Shown: positions 36,410 through 46,072 of the stretch, piece after piece
Position numbering within the stretch: the stretch's first letter is position 1
Layout: the number at the start of each line of letters is the position of its first letter
Source of the DNA: a virus
Lineage: Duplodnaviria > Caudoviricetes
DNA length: 64,000 nt
Strand: one strand, 5' to 3'
Virus record (IMG/VR): IMGVR_UViG_2886098363_000001
Span: 1 to 64,000 of that record
Made by a program: the position numbers and the translations under genes
The notes under the pieces: model-generated
Told to the model about the DNA's origin: nothing
Database searches by the model: none
The model's input: only the letters and a program-made list of their open reading frames with translations

Positions 36410-36712
36410 ATGTTCAATCCTGACGTGAGTGCCGCGGTCGTGGCCGCGAAATTCTGCCGGGTGGTGATCTATCCGCCCGTTCGGGGTTGGTGCGGGGAGC
36501 GTGTGCAGCTGGAGGTGGCCGACGAGATCGACGCGCTGGGCCACACCGACCAGCTGCGTGGCGCAGGGCATTGGCTGGTGCAAAGCACGACGCCGGAGCG
36601 AGTGGCGGAGGAGGCTGCACGGCTGAGAGCCGCGCCAGTGCTGGTGTTGCGGTGTAGTGCTTCGTTTGGGGCTGTGGATAACTTCGAAGGGGAGGGCCTT
36701 GCCAACCAGTGA
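36410..36712 (+). CDS. Hypothetical protein
   Basis: GAGGAGG RBS; MFNPDVSAA... Confidence 0.55.
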   Translation: MFNPDVSAAVVAAKFCRVVIYPPVRGWCGERVQLEVADEIDALGHTDQLRGAGHWLVQSTTPERVAEEAARLRAAPVLVLRCSASFGAVDNFEGEGLANQ

Positions 36713-36787
36713 CACAGGGGGTAGCGCCCCGTACCATTGCCAGTGCCGGACCTAGACCACCCGGCCGTTGACCAAAGGACCCAGACC

Positions 36788-37081
36788 ATGACCAAACCGC
36801 ATACCCGAGATCTCTCCATCGCGACCCAACTTGGCCGCGTGATTGCGATCATGAGCGACGGAAAAGCCCGTACCCTGCGCGACATCGAGCGCGAGTGCTG
36901 GAGCCGCTACGGCCACGCCGACACCCAGGCCGCCATCAGCGCCCGCCTGCGCGAAGTCAGCTGCCACGGCTGGGTGAAACATTCCAGCAATCAGGTCATC
37001 GACGGCAAGCAGGTGTGGCATTACCGCATCGAGCTGCCTCCCACCACCGAGGCCGTTGCGGCTAAGGCGGTGGCAGCATGA
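36788..37081 (+). CDS. Winged-helix DNA-binding protein
   Basis: MSDGKARTLRDIE...AAISARLRE. Confidence 0.65.
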   Translation: MTKPHTRDLSIATQLGRVIAIMSDGKARTLRDIERECWSRYGHADTQAAISARLREVSCHGWVKHSSNQVIDGKQVWHYRIELPPTTEAVAAKAVAA

Positions 37082-37257
37082 GATTCACCCACGCTATCGC
37101 AGCCGTTCTGGCCGCCACTGCTGCCCAATCGCCCTGGTTCAACCCGCTTGATTTCAAGCCTGGCCATGGCTTCTGCATCCCCAACCCGCGCAATGACCGG
37201 GCCGCACAGCGTCAGCGTGCCGCCTCCAAGCGCCGCAACAAAGCCAAGCGGGGGTGA
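37078..37257 (+). CDS. 59-aa basic protein
   Basis: Hand-translated; ends RQRAASKRRNKAKRG; coupled on both sides. Confidence 0.45.
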   Translation: MRFTHAIAAVLAATAAQSPWFNPLDFKPGHGFCIPNPRNDRAAQRQRAASKRRNKAKRG

Positions 37258-37700
37258 GCATGAGCTACCCCAAGTATTTTCTGCGCAGCCCCGATATCCG
37301 GGCCCGCGCCAGCCAGTTGGTTGCCAGCCTGCCGGTTGACCAGGACAAGCCGCTGGTCATCGAGATCAAGGAGCTGACCCGGACCCTGGCCCAGAACGCT
37401 CTGTTTTGGGCGGTAATGACCGACATCGCCGAGCAGGTCAACTGGCACGGCCGCAAGCTCTCCAAGGAGGACTGGAAGCACGTTCTCTCCGCCGCCCTGT
37501 ACCAGCAGGACGTGGTGCCGAACATCGACGGCAATGGCTTCGTGGTGCTGGGTAAGTCCACTTCCAAGATGACCGTGCGCGAGATGCGCGATCTCATTGA
37601 GCTGGCCCAATCCTTCGGCGCCCAGCAGGGCGTGAAGTTCGGGGATGAATCCCGCCGAGGTTTCGACTGGGTGGCGGCCTACGGGAGGGCTGCAGCATGA
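37254..37700 (+). CDS. ninB: NinB/Orf-family recombination protein
   Basis: RTLAQNALFWAVMTDIAEQVNWHGRKLSKEDWK...STSKMTVREMRDLIE. Confidence 0.9.
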   Translation: MSMSYPKYFLRSPDIRARASQLVASLPVDQDKPLVIEIKELTRTLAQNALFWAVMTDIAEQVNWHGRKLSKEDWKHVLSAALYQQDVVPNIDGNGFVVLGKSTSKMTVREMRDLIELAQSFGAQQGVKFGDESRRGFDWVAAYGRAAA

Positions 37701-38014
37701 GCAAGACCAAGGCTGATAAGCAGTGGTTGGACGATGTGAGCTCTCTGTGCTGCATTGCTTGCCGAAATGCTGGCCTGGGGGCGAGCCTCGCCGAAATTCA
37801 CCATGTGCGCTCTGGCGCCGGGATGGCGCAGCGCTCTGCTCACACCCAGGTGCTGCCTCTTTGCCCTCGCCATCATCGCGCCTGCTACCCCACCGGCTTC
37901 CACGCCGCACCGCGCACATGGCAGCAGGAGCACGGCAGCGAGGAGGCCCTGCTGGAGCAGGTAGCCAGAGAAGTCACCGAACTGCGCAAGAACACCATCG
38001 GGAGGGCGGCATGA
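37697..38014 (+). CDS. Zn-binding HNH-like nin protein (DUF1364/Ref-like)
   Basis: CCIAC...AEIHHVR...LPLCPRHHR. Confidence 0.8.
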   Translation: MSKTKADKQWLDDVSSLCCIACRNAGLGASLAEIHHVRSGAGMAQRSAHTQVLPLCPRHHRACYPTGFHAAPRTWQQEHGSEEALLEQVAREVTELRKNTIGRAA

Positions 38015-38433
38015 TCCACCTTTCCGCCCTTGATGCGGCCCGGTTGCTGGGTAGCAGCCCGAAGGTCAGGGGCGCAGCCAACCAGGTGCGTAAGGCCCAG
38101 CAGGTCACGTCCCTGCACGACAAGGTGCTGAGCCAACTGGTCGGCCTTCCTGACCCCGCCACCGAGCTGTTGTTTCACCCCAAGCGCAAATGGCGCTTCG
38201 ACTATGCCTGGCCCACTCGCATGATCGCCCTTGAGGTCCACGGCGGGATCCACTCCGGTGGCCGGCACACCCGGGGGAGGGGGTTCGTAGAGGACCGGGC
38301 CAAGATGAACGAGGCCACCTTGCTCGGGTGGACCGTGCTGGAAGTTACCCCGGAACACATCAAATCCGGCCAGTTGCGTGCCTGGCTGCTCGCCGCTTTC
38401 AATCAGGACCCAGGCCTGAGGACCAAACCATGA
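38011..38433 (+). CDS. PD-(D/E)XK endonuclease (resolvase-like)
   Basis: FHPKRKWRFDYAW...IALEVHGG...KMNEATLLGWTVL. Confidence 0.8.
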   Translation: MIHLSALDAARLLGSSPKVRGAANQVRKAQQVTSLHDKVLSQLVGLPDPATELLFHPKRKWRFDYAWPTRMIALEVHGGIHSGGRHTRGRGFVEDRAKMNEATLLGWTVLEVTPEHIKSGQLRAWLLAAFNQDPGLRTKP

Positions 38434-39131
38434 CCAACTCTATCGAAATGGCTCTGCGCCTATTCTCGCCGAAGGGGGCGCTCCATGAGCCCGCCGCCGG
38501 CAGGCAGTTCAATGCTCTGGGCCGGGACGAGTTTATCGGCGCCCTGCAGGTTGCTGCAAAGAACAACCCCCAGGGGCTCCAGTTCCTCATGGCTGACCAC
38601 CTGGGGGATGAACAAGCCCTTGCGTCGCTGCTGACGCACTTCAGCGCCACGCTGGGCAGCGACGAGGCCGGTGGTATGGCCATGGCAATCCTGCTGCGCC
38701 GCCCGCTGCCTGAGCAGTTGGAGCACTTGGTGCTGTCTCACCCGCACTATGACAAGGAGCGCCGCCGGGCCGCCGTGGTGATGGAGAAGGCCAAGCGCGC
38801 CCACCGGTCCGGCAATGACCACGAGTACCAGCGCCTGCTGGCCGAGCGGAACGAGATCCTGCAGTTGGCTCGCGACCACTGTGTCGCCGAGATGCTGCGG
38901 TCAGGGCGTTGCCCGCACTGCAATGGCACCGGGATCCGCCCGCGTAAGGGTGACGACTGCCCCAAGTGCCAAGGCACCGGCCGGGTCGTGCCACACGTAG
39001 AGTTGGTGTCGCGGCGGTTCGGGCAGGAGATGCGGCAGGCCGTAGAGCGTGCCGTTGATGAGGTGATCCACCAGGCGTCAGACCTGTCAAAGCTTATGGG
39101 CCGGCAGGTGAGGGAGATGCGGGCGGCTTAG
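38430..39131 (+). CDS. Late antiterminator Q-like protein
   Basis: CPHCNGTG..CPKCQGTG zinc finger; last gene before the late promoter. Confidence 0.8.
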   Translation: MTNSIEMALRLFSPKGALHEPAAGRQFNALGRDEFIGALQVAAKNNPQGLQFLMADHLGDEQALASLLTHFSATLGSDEAGGMAMAILLRRPLPEQLEHLVLSHPHYDKERRRAAVVMEKAKRAHRSGNDHEYQRLLAERNEILQLARDHCVAEMLRSGRCPHCNGTGIRPRKGDDCPKCQGTGRVVPHVELVSRRFGQEMRQAVERAVDEVIHQASDLSKLMGRQVREMRAA

Positions 39132-39183
39132 GTGCGGAGCATTCGCCGCCGAGCAGGCGCAACCCCATGAATAGACGCAGTGA

Positions 39184-39253
39184 TTGAATCCACCCCTCCC
39201 CGGCGTTAGTATTGCTCAAAGATGGCCAGAGTCCCCGTGACCCTGGCCTTTTT
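39184..39253 (+). promoter_or_regulatory. pR'-like promoter/pause/terminator cassette 1
   Basis: TTGAAT-17-TAGTAT, AAAGAT 5 nt later, then GGCCAG..CTGGCC-TTTTT. Confidence 0.8.
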
Positions 39254-39299
39254 CATTTCTGGCCCGCCTCGTGCGGGCTTTGTCGTTTCTGGAGGGGCG

Positions 39300-39614
39300 A
39301 TGACGCCTGACAAGGACCCACAGAACTACAGCGTGCTCGCCTATCTGGCATTCGGTGGGCTGAGCGTATGGGGAGGGCTTGTGACCTACATACAGACGGT
39401 GAAACGCGAGGGAAGGCAGTTCCGATGGGCCGAGGCGCTGCTGCAGGTGGTGGTGTCAGGGTTCGCCGGGATGTTGACCATGCTGCTGAGCTGGTACATC
39501 GCAGCCCCGCTCCCGTTGTGCGGCTTCATGGCTGGCCTGGCTGGCTTGATGGGGTCGAAAGCACTGGAGCTGTACGAACGCCGGGCAACCGGCTGGATGG
39601 GAGGGAAGGAGTGA
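39300..39614 (+). CDS. Holin
   Basis: Small, 2-3 TM segments, charged C-terminus, precedes the endolysin. Confidence 0.85.
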   Translation: MTPDKDPQNYSVLAYLAFGGLSVWGGLVTYIQTVKREGRQFRWAEALLQVVVSGFAGMLTMLLSWYIAAPLPLCGFMAGLAGLMGSKALELYERRATGWMGGKE

Positions 39615-40096
39615 TGGTGAAAATGCGCTGGGTAGATGAAGCCCGTAGGCATATCGGGTTGACGGAGATTAAGGGGCCCCAACACAACCCCGAGATCGTG
39701 GCGATGTGGAAGGCCATCAAGCGGGGTGGCATCCGTGATGATGAAACCCCGTGGTGTGCCGCCTTTGTTGGAGCGTGCCTAGAGCGGGTCGGTATTCAGT
39801 CCACCCGGTTCGAGGGTGCGCGTTCCTATGCCTCCTGGGGGGAGAAGCTGGAAAAGCCGGTGGCAGGCTGCGTAGTGGTGTTTTCCCGGGATGGTGGCGG
39901 ACACGTTGGGTTCGTAGTGGGGCAGGACAAGGCTGGCAATCTGCTGGTATTGGGCGGCAACCAAGCGGACGCGGTGAACGTGAAGGCGTTTCCTCGCTCT
40001 CGGGTAACCGCATACCGCTGGCCCGCCGGTGAGCCGAAGCCTGTGGGGGAATTGCCTGTGATGGCTGCGGCAGAGTTCTCGAAGTCCGAGGCATAG
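39614..40096 (+). CDS. Endolysin, NlpC/P60-like (TIGR02594-type)
   Basis: DETPWCAAFV, GGGHVGFVVG, LGGNQ. Confidence 0.85.
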   Translation: MVKMRWVDEARRHIGLTEIKGPQHNPEIVAMWKAIKRGGIRDDETPWCAAFVGACLERVGIQSTRFEGARSYASWGEKLEKPVAGCVVVFSRDGGGHVGFVVGQDKAGNLLVLGGNQADAVNVKAFPRSRVTAYRWPAGEPKPVGELPVMAAAEFSKSEA

Positions 40097-40149
40097 GCGC
40101 AAGCCTTGCCAATATCGCCGGATAACCGGTAACAGCAGAGGAGAGTGCG

Positions 40150-40374
40150 ATGGAACACATCGTTGAGGTGGTCATCAACTGGATTGTCATCCTGATGGCT
40201 GTAGTGGGCGGCGCGTCCATGGTGGTGCAGGGGCTGGCCAAGATCGCGGCCGTCACCCCGTCCACCCGGGACGATGAGGTGATCGGGAAGGTGCAGGCCT
40301 TCTTGGTTGGCCTGACCAAGGTGCTGGACAAGCTGGCTATGAACCTGCCGGCTGAGAAAGCCAGGAAGCAATAA
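40150..40374 (+). CDS. Small membrane protein of the lysis cassette
   Basis: N-terminal TM; TPSTRDD motif. Confidence 0.65.
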   Translation: MEHIVEVVINWIVILMAVVGGASMVVQGLAKIAAVTPSTRDDEVIGKVQAFLVGLTKVLDKLAMNLPAEKARKQ

Positions 40375-40375
40375 C

Positions 40376-40606
40376 ATGAACAGCTTGCTCCAACTGCTCG
40401 ACATTCTAACGGCCCTTCTGGGCCGTTGGCTTAAGCAGGAGAGGGCAAGGGAGGTGCAGGAACGCTATGACAAGAATCATGCGGACCCACAGGGGTGTTT
40501 TGCTGAGCGTTTCGGTGCTGCTTCTGGTCAGTTGCCAGACAGCTCCAAGCCAAACAGCGAACTGCCCGCCACCCACACCCAGGCTGACATGGAACCCCGC
40601 CGCTAA
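40376..40606 (+). CDS. i-spanin-like protein
   Basis: N-terminal hydrophobic helix; overlaps a lipoprotein ORF. Confidence 0.55.
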   Translation: MNSLLQLLDILTALLGRWLKQERAREVQERYDKNHADPQGCFAERFGAASGQLPDSSKPNSELPATHTQADMEPRR

Positions 40607-40685
40607 TGGCGGGGTTTGTCTTTCTGGGGAATCCACAGCCGACCTACTGGACTATCTCGATGCACTGGAGCGATGCGGTGGTTAA
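40467..40685 (+). CDS. o-spanin-like lipoprotein
   Basis: Lipobox LLVS-C, Pro-rich; overlapping reading frame. Confidence 0.6.
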   Translation: MTRIMRTHRGVLLSVSVLLLVSCQTAPSQTANCPPPTPRLTWNPAANGGVCLSGESTADLLDYLDALERCGG

Positions 40686-40839
40686 TGGCATTACCGTGAC
40701 CGGGGTTGTTACTCAGGTGAGGGAGTATGACGGGAGTCAGGCCCTGGTCACCCTGAATACTGGCGTCTCCGTCGTGGTACCGGCTACCCATGAGCCTGTA
40801 CCTGGTGATGCCATCGTCGAAGGCGAGCTATCTCTCTAA
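40663..40839 (+). CDS. Small hypothetical protein
   Basis: MHWSDAVVNG...; its stop abuts the terS start. Confidence 0.45.
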   Translation, partial: HWSDAVVNGITVTGVVTQVREYDGSQALVTLNTGVSVVVPATHEPVPGDAIVEGELSL

Positions 40840-41730
40840 ATGGCAAAGACCGACTGGGCACAGCTCAATGCAGAGTTCCTGCAGGAGCATGAAGCGACAG
40901 GCATCACTGCGAAAGACTGGTGTGACAGCCGCGGCCTGAACTACAACTCGGCGCGTCGCTATTTGAAATCTCGGGGGCAATCTCCTGCGCAACCTGATAA
41001 ATCTCGCGTAGCTGCGCAATCTGCGCATTCCGAAGTGCGCAAAACTGCGCAATCTGCGCAAAGTGCGCAAACCAAGGAGAATGAGGCCAAGGCCAAAGGG
41101 GGAGAGCGAAGAGGGGAGAAGTCCTCGGCATCCACTTATACCCCGGCCAGCTTGGACCAGAACTCGAAAACCAACTCGGGGCGCCAGCCAGATGGGCGCT
41201 TTGACAAGGGAAATCGGGAGTCCGTAGGCAACCAAGGCAACCAGAACCCACCGAATAAGTGGCAACCCGGCGACCGGCCTGCACTGACCCATGGCGGTTA
41301 TGCCAAGTACCTCGATGCGGAGGAGCTGTTCGACCAGGCTCGCGAGCTGCAACTGCGCGACGAGCTGGACTTCACCCGGGCGCGAGTCATTTCCGTCACC
41401 AAGCTGCTCAAGGGTCTGCAGCAGGACCTGGTCACGGCCAGCGAGATGACCGACCGGATTGCGCTCTATGACAAGATCCTGAAAGCAGAGCAGGCCCTCG
41501 ACCGCAACATCCAGCGGATTGAGTCCATCGAGCGAACCCTAAGCGCCCTTCGCATCGACGAAGTGAGTGTGCCGAAGATTGAGGAAGATACTCGCCGGAT
41601 CCGGGCTGCTGCGCGCAAGCTGACCGCCGAAGCCGACCGGCTCGAGAAGGATGGCGGCAGCGAGGCCACTCCGGTCAGCGAGATGGTTTCCGAGCTCCAC
41701 GACATGGGGACCGGGGGGCTGATGTCGTGA
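40840..41730 (+). CDS. terS: Terminase small subunit
   Basis: N-terminal HTH (AKTDWAQL..KDWCDSRGLNYNSARRY), GRFDKGN, ALTHGGY. Confidence 0.85.
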   Translation: MAKTDWAQLNAEFLQEHEATGITAKDWCDSRGLNYNSARRYLKSRGQSPAQPDKSRVAAQSAHSEVRKTAQSAQSAQTKENEAKAKGGERRGEKSSASTYTPASLDQNSKTNSGRQPDGRFDKGNRESVGNQGNQNPPNKWQPGDRPALTHGGYAKYLDAEELFDQARELQLRDELDFTRARVISVTKLLKGLQQDLVTASEMTDRIALYDKILKAEQALDRNIQRIESIERTLSALRIDEVSVPKIEEDTRRIRAAARKLTAEADRLEKDGGSEATPVSEMVSELHDMGTGGLMS

Positions 41731-41742
41731 TAGTATTTACAA

Positions 41743-42060
41743 ATGTCATTAGCGCGGGTTGGTGAGATGAAAATTTACAGCGTGGGAGAATCAGGAGCTT
41801 TGGTGAGCATTGGTGATGATAGCGTGCTGCCAAAGGATGTAAGTCACGCCCTACGCCGTGGTGAGAGGCTAACCTATTGTCTGACGGATGCGATGGATGG
41901 CTTTGATGGTGGCTCTGTTACGTTTGAGCCGACATTGATATATCAAGATGGCAAACTTCATGAGTGTGGGTCTGTAATCCGGGATGCCAGAGAAGCTCAG
42001 GCATTCGCAGAGTATTACGAGCGTTACACAGAGCTCACCCCATGCAGGAGCCAGCCATGA
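41743..42060 (+). CDS. Moron between terS and terL
   Basis: 105 aa, AT-richer; followed by a terminator at 42089-42110. Confidence 0.5.
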   Translation: MSLARVGEMKIYSVGESGALVSIGDDSVLPKDVSHALRRGERLTYCLTDAMDGFDGGSVTFEPTLIYQDGKLHECGSVIRDAREAQAFAEYYERYTELTPCRSQP

Positions 42061-42128
42061 AACAAGTAGCCACAGCTTCAACAACACCAACCCGCCTCGG
42101 CGGGTTTTTTATTGCCTGAGATCCCACG

Positions 42129-43826
42129 ATGACCGAACTCGACACCTCCGCCATGACTGAGCAGGAGCAGATGGCCTACATCCGCTCGAAGCTCAGCGAT
42201 AAGTGGTGGCGGATGAACAACCTCTACATGATCGAGAACGAGCAGGGCCAGCTGGTGCGCTTCCGGCTGCGCCCAGCACAGGAGCTGCTGTTCCGGACCA
42301 TGTGGTACCTGAACATCATCCTCAAGGCGCGTCAGCTCGGATTCTCCACGGCCATCGACATCTATCTGCTGGACGAGGCGCTGTTCAACAAGAACCTCAA
42401 GTGCGGGATCATCGCCCAGGACCTGACGGCCGCCGGCGAGATCTACCGCACCAAGATCGAAGTCCCGTTCGATAACCTGCCGGGCTGGCTCAAGGCCCAG
42501 TTCAAGGTGGTGACCCGGCGCGGCGGGGCGAATGGCGGACACATCCTGTTCCGGCATGGCTCCAGCATCCAGGTGGCTACCTCGTTCCGGTCCGGTACCG
42601 TCCAGCGCCTGCATGTCTCCGAGCACGGGAAGATCTGCGCCAAGTACCCCGAGAAGGCCAAGGAGGTGCGTACCGGTACCCTGCAGGCAATCCACCCGGG
42701 CGCCGTGGCCTTCATCGAGAGCACAGCCGAAGGGGTAGGGGGCGACTTCCACGCTATGAGCATGAAGTCCCTCGAGCTGGCCAGGGCATCCGGTGAGCTC
42801 AGCCAGCTTGATTGGAAGTTCCACTTCTTCGCCTGGTGGCAGGATCCCAAGTATCGCGCCGACGTGCCGGCATCCGGCGTAGTGATGAGCAAGACCCAGG
42901 CGGAGTATTTCGCCGCGGTCGAGAGGTCGATGGGTTGCACCATTACCGACGAGCAGCGGCAATGGTACGTGCTGAAAGAGTCCACCTTGGGCGCCGAGAT
43001 GAAGCAGGAGTTCCCCAGCACGCCGCTGGAGGCCTTCCTGACCTCTGGGCGCCGGGTGTTCGACCCCATCCATACCATGGATGCCGAGGGCGATTGCATG
43101 GCCCCGCTCATCGTCTACGACATCGACCCGGTGACCGGCAAGCGCGAGAAGGCTCGCAAGCCGGAGAAGCTGGACGAGCGTGGCCAGCGCTCCCTCGAGA
43201 ACATGCTGCTGGTCTGGGAGCTGCCAGACCCCGACGAGGATTACGCCATCGGCGCCGACGTGGCGGAAGGACTGGAGCACGGCGACCGCTCAAGCCTCGA
43301 CGTGACAGCCAAGAGCGACGGCCGGCAGGTGGCCCACTGGTTTGGGCATCTCGACCCGGGGCTGTTTGCCCAACTGCTTGCCCACGTTGGCAGGTTCTAC
43401 GGCACCGCAGAGCATGGCCCGGCCTACATCGGCCCGGAGCGCAACAACCACGGCCACGCTGTGCTGCTCAAGCTCCGTGAAATCTACCCAACCCGGCGCA
43501 TCTACACCCAGGAGCACATCGACCGGGACCGCGACGACGAGACCCCGCGCCTCGGCTGGCTCACCACTCGGCAGTCCAAGCCGATCCTGGTTGATGGCCT
43601 CAAGGCCCTGCTGCGTGCCGGGCAGTCCGGGATCCGCTGGATCGGTACCATTTCCGAAGCCACCACCTACGTCTACGACAAGAGCGGCAGCATGAACGCC
43701 CAGGACGGCTGCTACGACGACCAGCTCATGAGCTACATGATTGCCCAAGAGATGCGTGCCCGGATGCCGGCCCGCATCGTCAAACCTGAATCCTTCCGCA
43801 AACCCAAGCACTGGATGGCCAACTGA
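42129..43826 (+). CDS. terL: Terminase large subunit
   Basis: ILKARQLGFST Walker A, LHVSEHG, FIESTAEG, GADVAEG nuclease, DDQLMS. Confidence 0.93.
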   Translation: MTELDTSAMTEQEQMAYIRSKLSDKWWRMNNLYMIENEQGQLVRFRLRPAQELLFRTMWYLNIILKARQLGFSTAIDIYLLDEALFNKNLKCGIIAQDLTAAGEIYRTKIEVPFDNLPGWLKAQFKVVTRRGGANGGHILFRHGSSIQVATSFRSGTVQRLHVSEHGKICAKYPEKAKEVRTGTLQAIHPGAVAFIESTAEGVGGDFHAMSMKSLELARASGELSQLDWKFHFFAWWQDPKYRADVPASGVVMSKTQAEYFAAVERSMGCTITDEQRQWYVLKESTLGAEMKQEFPSTPLEAFLTSGRRVFDPIHTMDAEGDCMAPLIVYDIDPVTGKREKARKPEKLDERGQRSLENMLLVWELPDPDEDYAIGADVAEGLEHGDRSSLDVTAKSDGRQVAHWFGHLDPGLFAQLLAHVGRFYGTAEHGPAYIGPERNNHGHAVLLKLREIYPTRRIYTQEHIDRDRDDETPRLGWLTTRQSKPILVDGLKALLRAGQSGIRWIGTISEATTYVYDKSGSMNAQDGCYDDQLMSYMIAQEMRARMPARIVKPESFRKPKHWMAN

Positions 43827-45952
43827 TGATCAACGCCCAACCCAAGGCCCCTGAAAAAGGCGGCCTCGATACCCCGCGCCTGCTCAAACTGATGAGCGAT
43901 ATCAACGGCCAGCCGGACTGGCGAAGCCTTGCCAATCGAGCTTGCGCTTACTACGACAACGACCAACTGCCACCTGCGGTAAAAAAGGCACTCGATGAAC
44001 GCGGGCAGCCCGTCACGATCCACAACCTCATCGCCCCGACTATCGACGGCGTGCTGGGGATGGAGGCCAAGAGCCGCACCGATCTGATGGTGATCGCCGA
44101 TGACCACGACGACGAGCTGGAGCAGCTGGCGGAGGCCGTCAACGCTGAATATGCCGATATGTGCCGCCTGGGTGGACTGGACCGCGCCCGAGGCGAGGCG
44201 TATGGCGGCCAGATAAAGACCGGTGTGGGCTGGGTTGAGGTATGCCGCCGCGATGACCCGTTCGGCCCGCGCTACAAGTTCAGCAACGTCCACCGAGACG
44301 AGGTTTATTGGGACTGGCACAGCAGGGAGCCGGACCTAAGCGACTGCCGCTGGTTGATGCGCCGCCGCTGGGTCGATCTGGATGAGGCCAAGACCATGTT
44401 CCCGAGCAAGGCACAGGCGCTGCAGTGGGGCGTCAACGACTGGGAGGGGATGGTAAGCCTGACCGCCATCGAGGGGATGGATCCCAACCTAGTCAGTGCC
44501 TATGACGAGTGGAGTCAGTTCAGCGGCAAGGAGATAGAGTGGTGCAGCCGGGAGCGGGACCGGGTGCTGCTGCAAGTGGTCTACTACCGCACCTACACCA
44601 TGCGTCAGGTGCTGAAGCTCGACTCAGGCCGGGCGTTGGAATACGACAAGACCAATCAACTGCATCTCGCTGCTGTGGCCATGGGGCGCGCCAAGCTGGA
44701 ACGCTGCCCGGTGGCCGTGATCCGGGAATCCTGGTTCGTCGGCCCTCATCATCTGGTTGATCGACCCTGCTCTGCTCCCCACAACATGTACCCGCTGGTG
44801 CCGTTCTGGGGGTATCGCAAAGACCGCACCGGCGAACCCTATGGGCTGATTGCTCGAGCCATGCCGGCGCAGGACGAGGTGAACCTGCGGCGTATCAAGC
44901 TCACCTTCCTGCTGCAGGCCAAGCGCGTCATCATGGACAAGGACGCCACCAACATGAGCCGGGATCAGGTGCTGGAGCAAGTCGAGCGCCCCGATGGCTA
45001 TATCGAGCTCAACCCTGACCGAGCCAACAAGACCAGCGTGAGCGATGCCTTCAAGGTAGAGCAGGACTTCAACGTGGCGGCCCAGCAGTTTCAGGTGATG
45101 CAGGACTCGGTGAAGCTGATCCAGGACACCATGGGGGTTTATGCCGCCTTCCTGGGCCAGGGCTCCACCGGACAATCTGGTGTGGCCATCAGCAACCTGG
45201 TGGAGCAGGGGGCAACCACGCTTTCCGAGATCAACGACAACTACAGGATGGGCTGCCAGCAAGTGGGGCAGTTGGCACTGGCATACCTGCTGGAAGACAT
45301 GGCCAGCAAGCGCAACTACAAGGTGACAGTGAACCGGGATGACCCCCGCCGCCGCAAGGCCGTAGTGGTCAACGTGGAGCAGGAGGATGGCAAACTCACC
45401 AATGATGTGACCCGGCTGCGGGCACATATCGCACTGGCGCCGATCCAGCAGACTGCCGCCTACAAGCAACAACTGGCCGAGCGGATGACCCAGGCTATGT
45501 CCCAACTTCCGCCAGAGGCTGCAGGTGCCTGCTTTGACCTGCTGGTCGAGCTGATGGATGTACCGCGCAAGGCCGAGTTTGTGGAGCGGATCCGCAATGC
45601 CCTGAACATCCCGAAAGACCCGGACGAGATGAACGAGGAGGAGCGCGCAGCCGCCGAGCAGCAAGCCCAGCAGGCCCAGATGCAGCAGGAGCTTGCCATG
45701 CGCGAGATGCAGGCCAAGCTGGCCGAGCTGGAGGGCAAGGCCGCCAAGTGGCAGGCAGAGGCCCAGCGCATCGCCAAGCTGACCGACTCCATCCGGTTCG
45801 AGGATGCCCTCAAGCAGGCCCAGACCGGCAAGACGCTGCAGGAGATGGAACGGCTCGCCGCCGAGCAGCAGAGCATCCAGGGGGAGCAGGCCGTGCTGCA
45901 GGCTCAGCTGTTGGACACCATCCAACAGCAGATCGACGCCATCGCGCTCTGA
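43826..45952 (+). CDS. Portal protein (podovirus type, ~700 aa)
   Basis: ERGQPVTIHNLIAPTIDGVLG, YPLVPFWG; long coiled-coil C-terminus. Confidence 0.9.
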   Translation: MINAQPKAPEKGGLDTPRLLKLMSDINGQPDWRSLANRACAYYDNDQLPPAVKKALDERGQPVTIHNLIAPTIDGVLGMEAKSRTDLMVIADDHDDELEQLAEAVNAEYADMCRLGGLDRARGEAYGGQIKTGVGWVEVCRRDDPFGPRYKFSNVHRDEVYWDWHSREPDLSDCRWLMRRRWVDLDEAKTMFPSKAQALQWGVNDWEGMVSLTAIEGMDPNLVSAYDEWSQFSGKEIEWCSRERDRVLLQVVYYRTYTMRQVLKLDSGRALEYDKTNQLHLAAVAMGRAKLERCPVAVIRESWFVGPHHLVDRPCSAPHNMYPLVPFWGYRKDRTGEPYGLIARAMPAQDEVNLRRIKLTFLLQAKRVIMDKDATNMSRDQVLEQVERPDGYIELNPDRANKTSVSDAFKVEQDFNVAAQQFQVMQDSVKLIQDTMGVYAAFLGQGSTGQSGVAISNLVEQGATTLSEINDNYRMGCQQVGQLALAYLLEDMASKRNYKVTVNRDDPRRRKAVVVNVEQEDGKLTNDVTRLRAHIALAPIQQTAAYKQQLAERMTQAMSQLPPEAAGACFDLLVELMDVPRKAEFVERIRNALNIPKDPDEMNEEERAAAEQQAQQAQMQQELAMREMQAKLAELEGKAAKWQAEAQRIAKLTDSIRFEDALKQAQTGKTLQEMERLAAEQQSIQGEQAVLQAQLLDTIQQQIDAIAL

Positions 45953-45955
45953 CAG

Positions 45956-46024
45956 TTGCTTTCCTGACCTGCCAGCGTTACGATTTCCCCAACATGGCCC
46001 AGTCTCTCGAGATTGGGCCTTTTT
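45956..46024 (+). promoter_or_regulatory. pR'-like cassette 2
   Basis: TTGCTT-17-TACGAT, CAACAT 5 nt later, then GGCCCAGT..ATTGGGCC-TTTTT. Confidence 0.7.
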
Positions 46025-46072
46025 CATTTCCAGACCCGGCCATTGTGCCGGGTTTTTTATTTGGAGCTGGAC

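Noticed and set aside
30569-39287. 26-bp near-identical hairpin GCCCGCCT(T/C)GTGCGGGCTTTGTCGTT at 30571 and 39262
   Set aside because: It is most simply a reused terminator-type hairpin; two copies are too few to argue for a distinct element.
39132-39300. Toxin or tRNA cargo between Q and holin, as in Stx phages
   Set aside because: The interval is only ~170 bp and is explained by the promoter and two hairpins.
34886-43826. Additional inteins in DnaB or terminase
   Set aside because: Both have normal lengths and uninterrupted motifs, with no C..HN/GN splice junctions.
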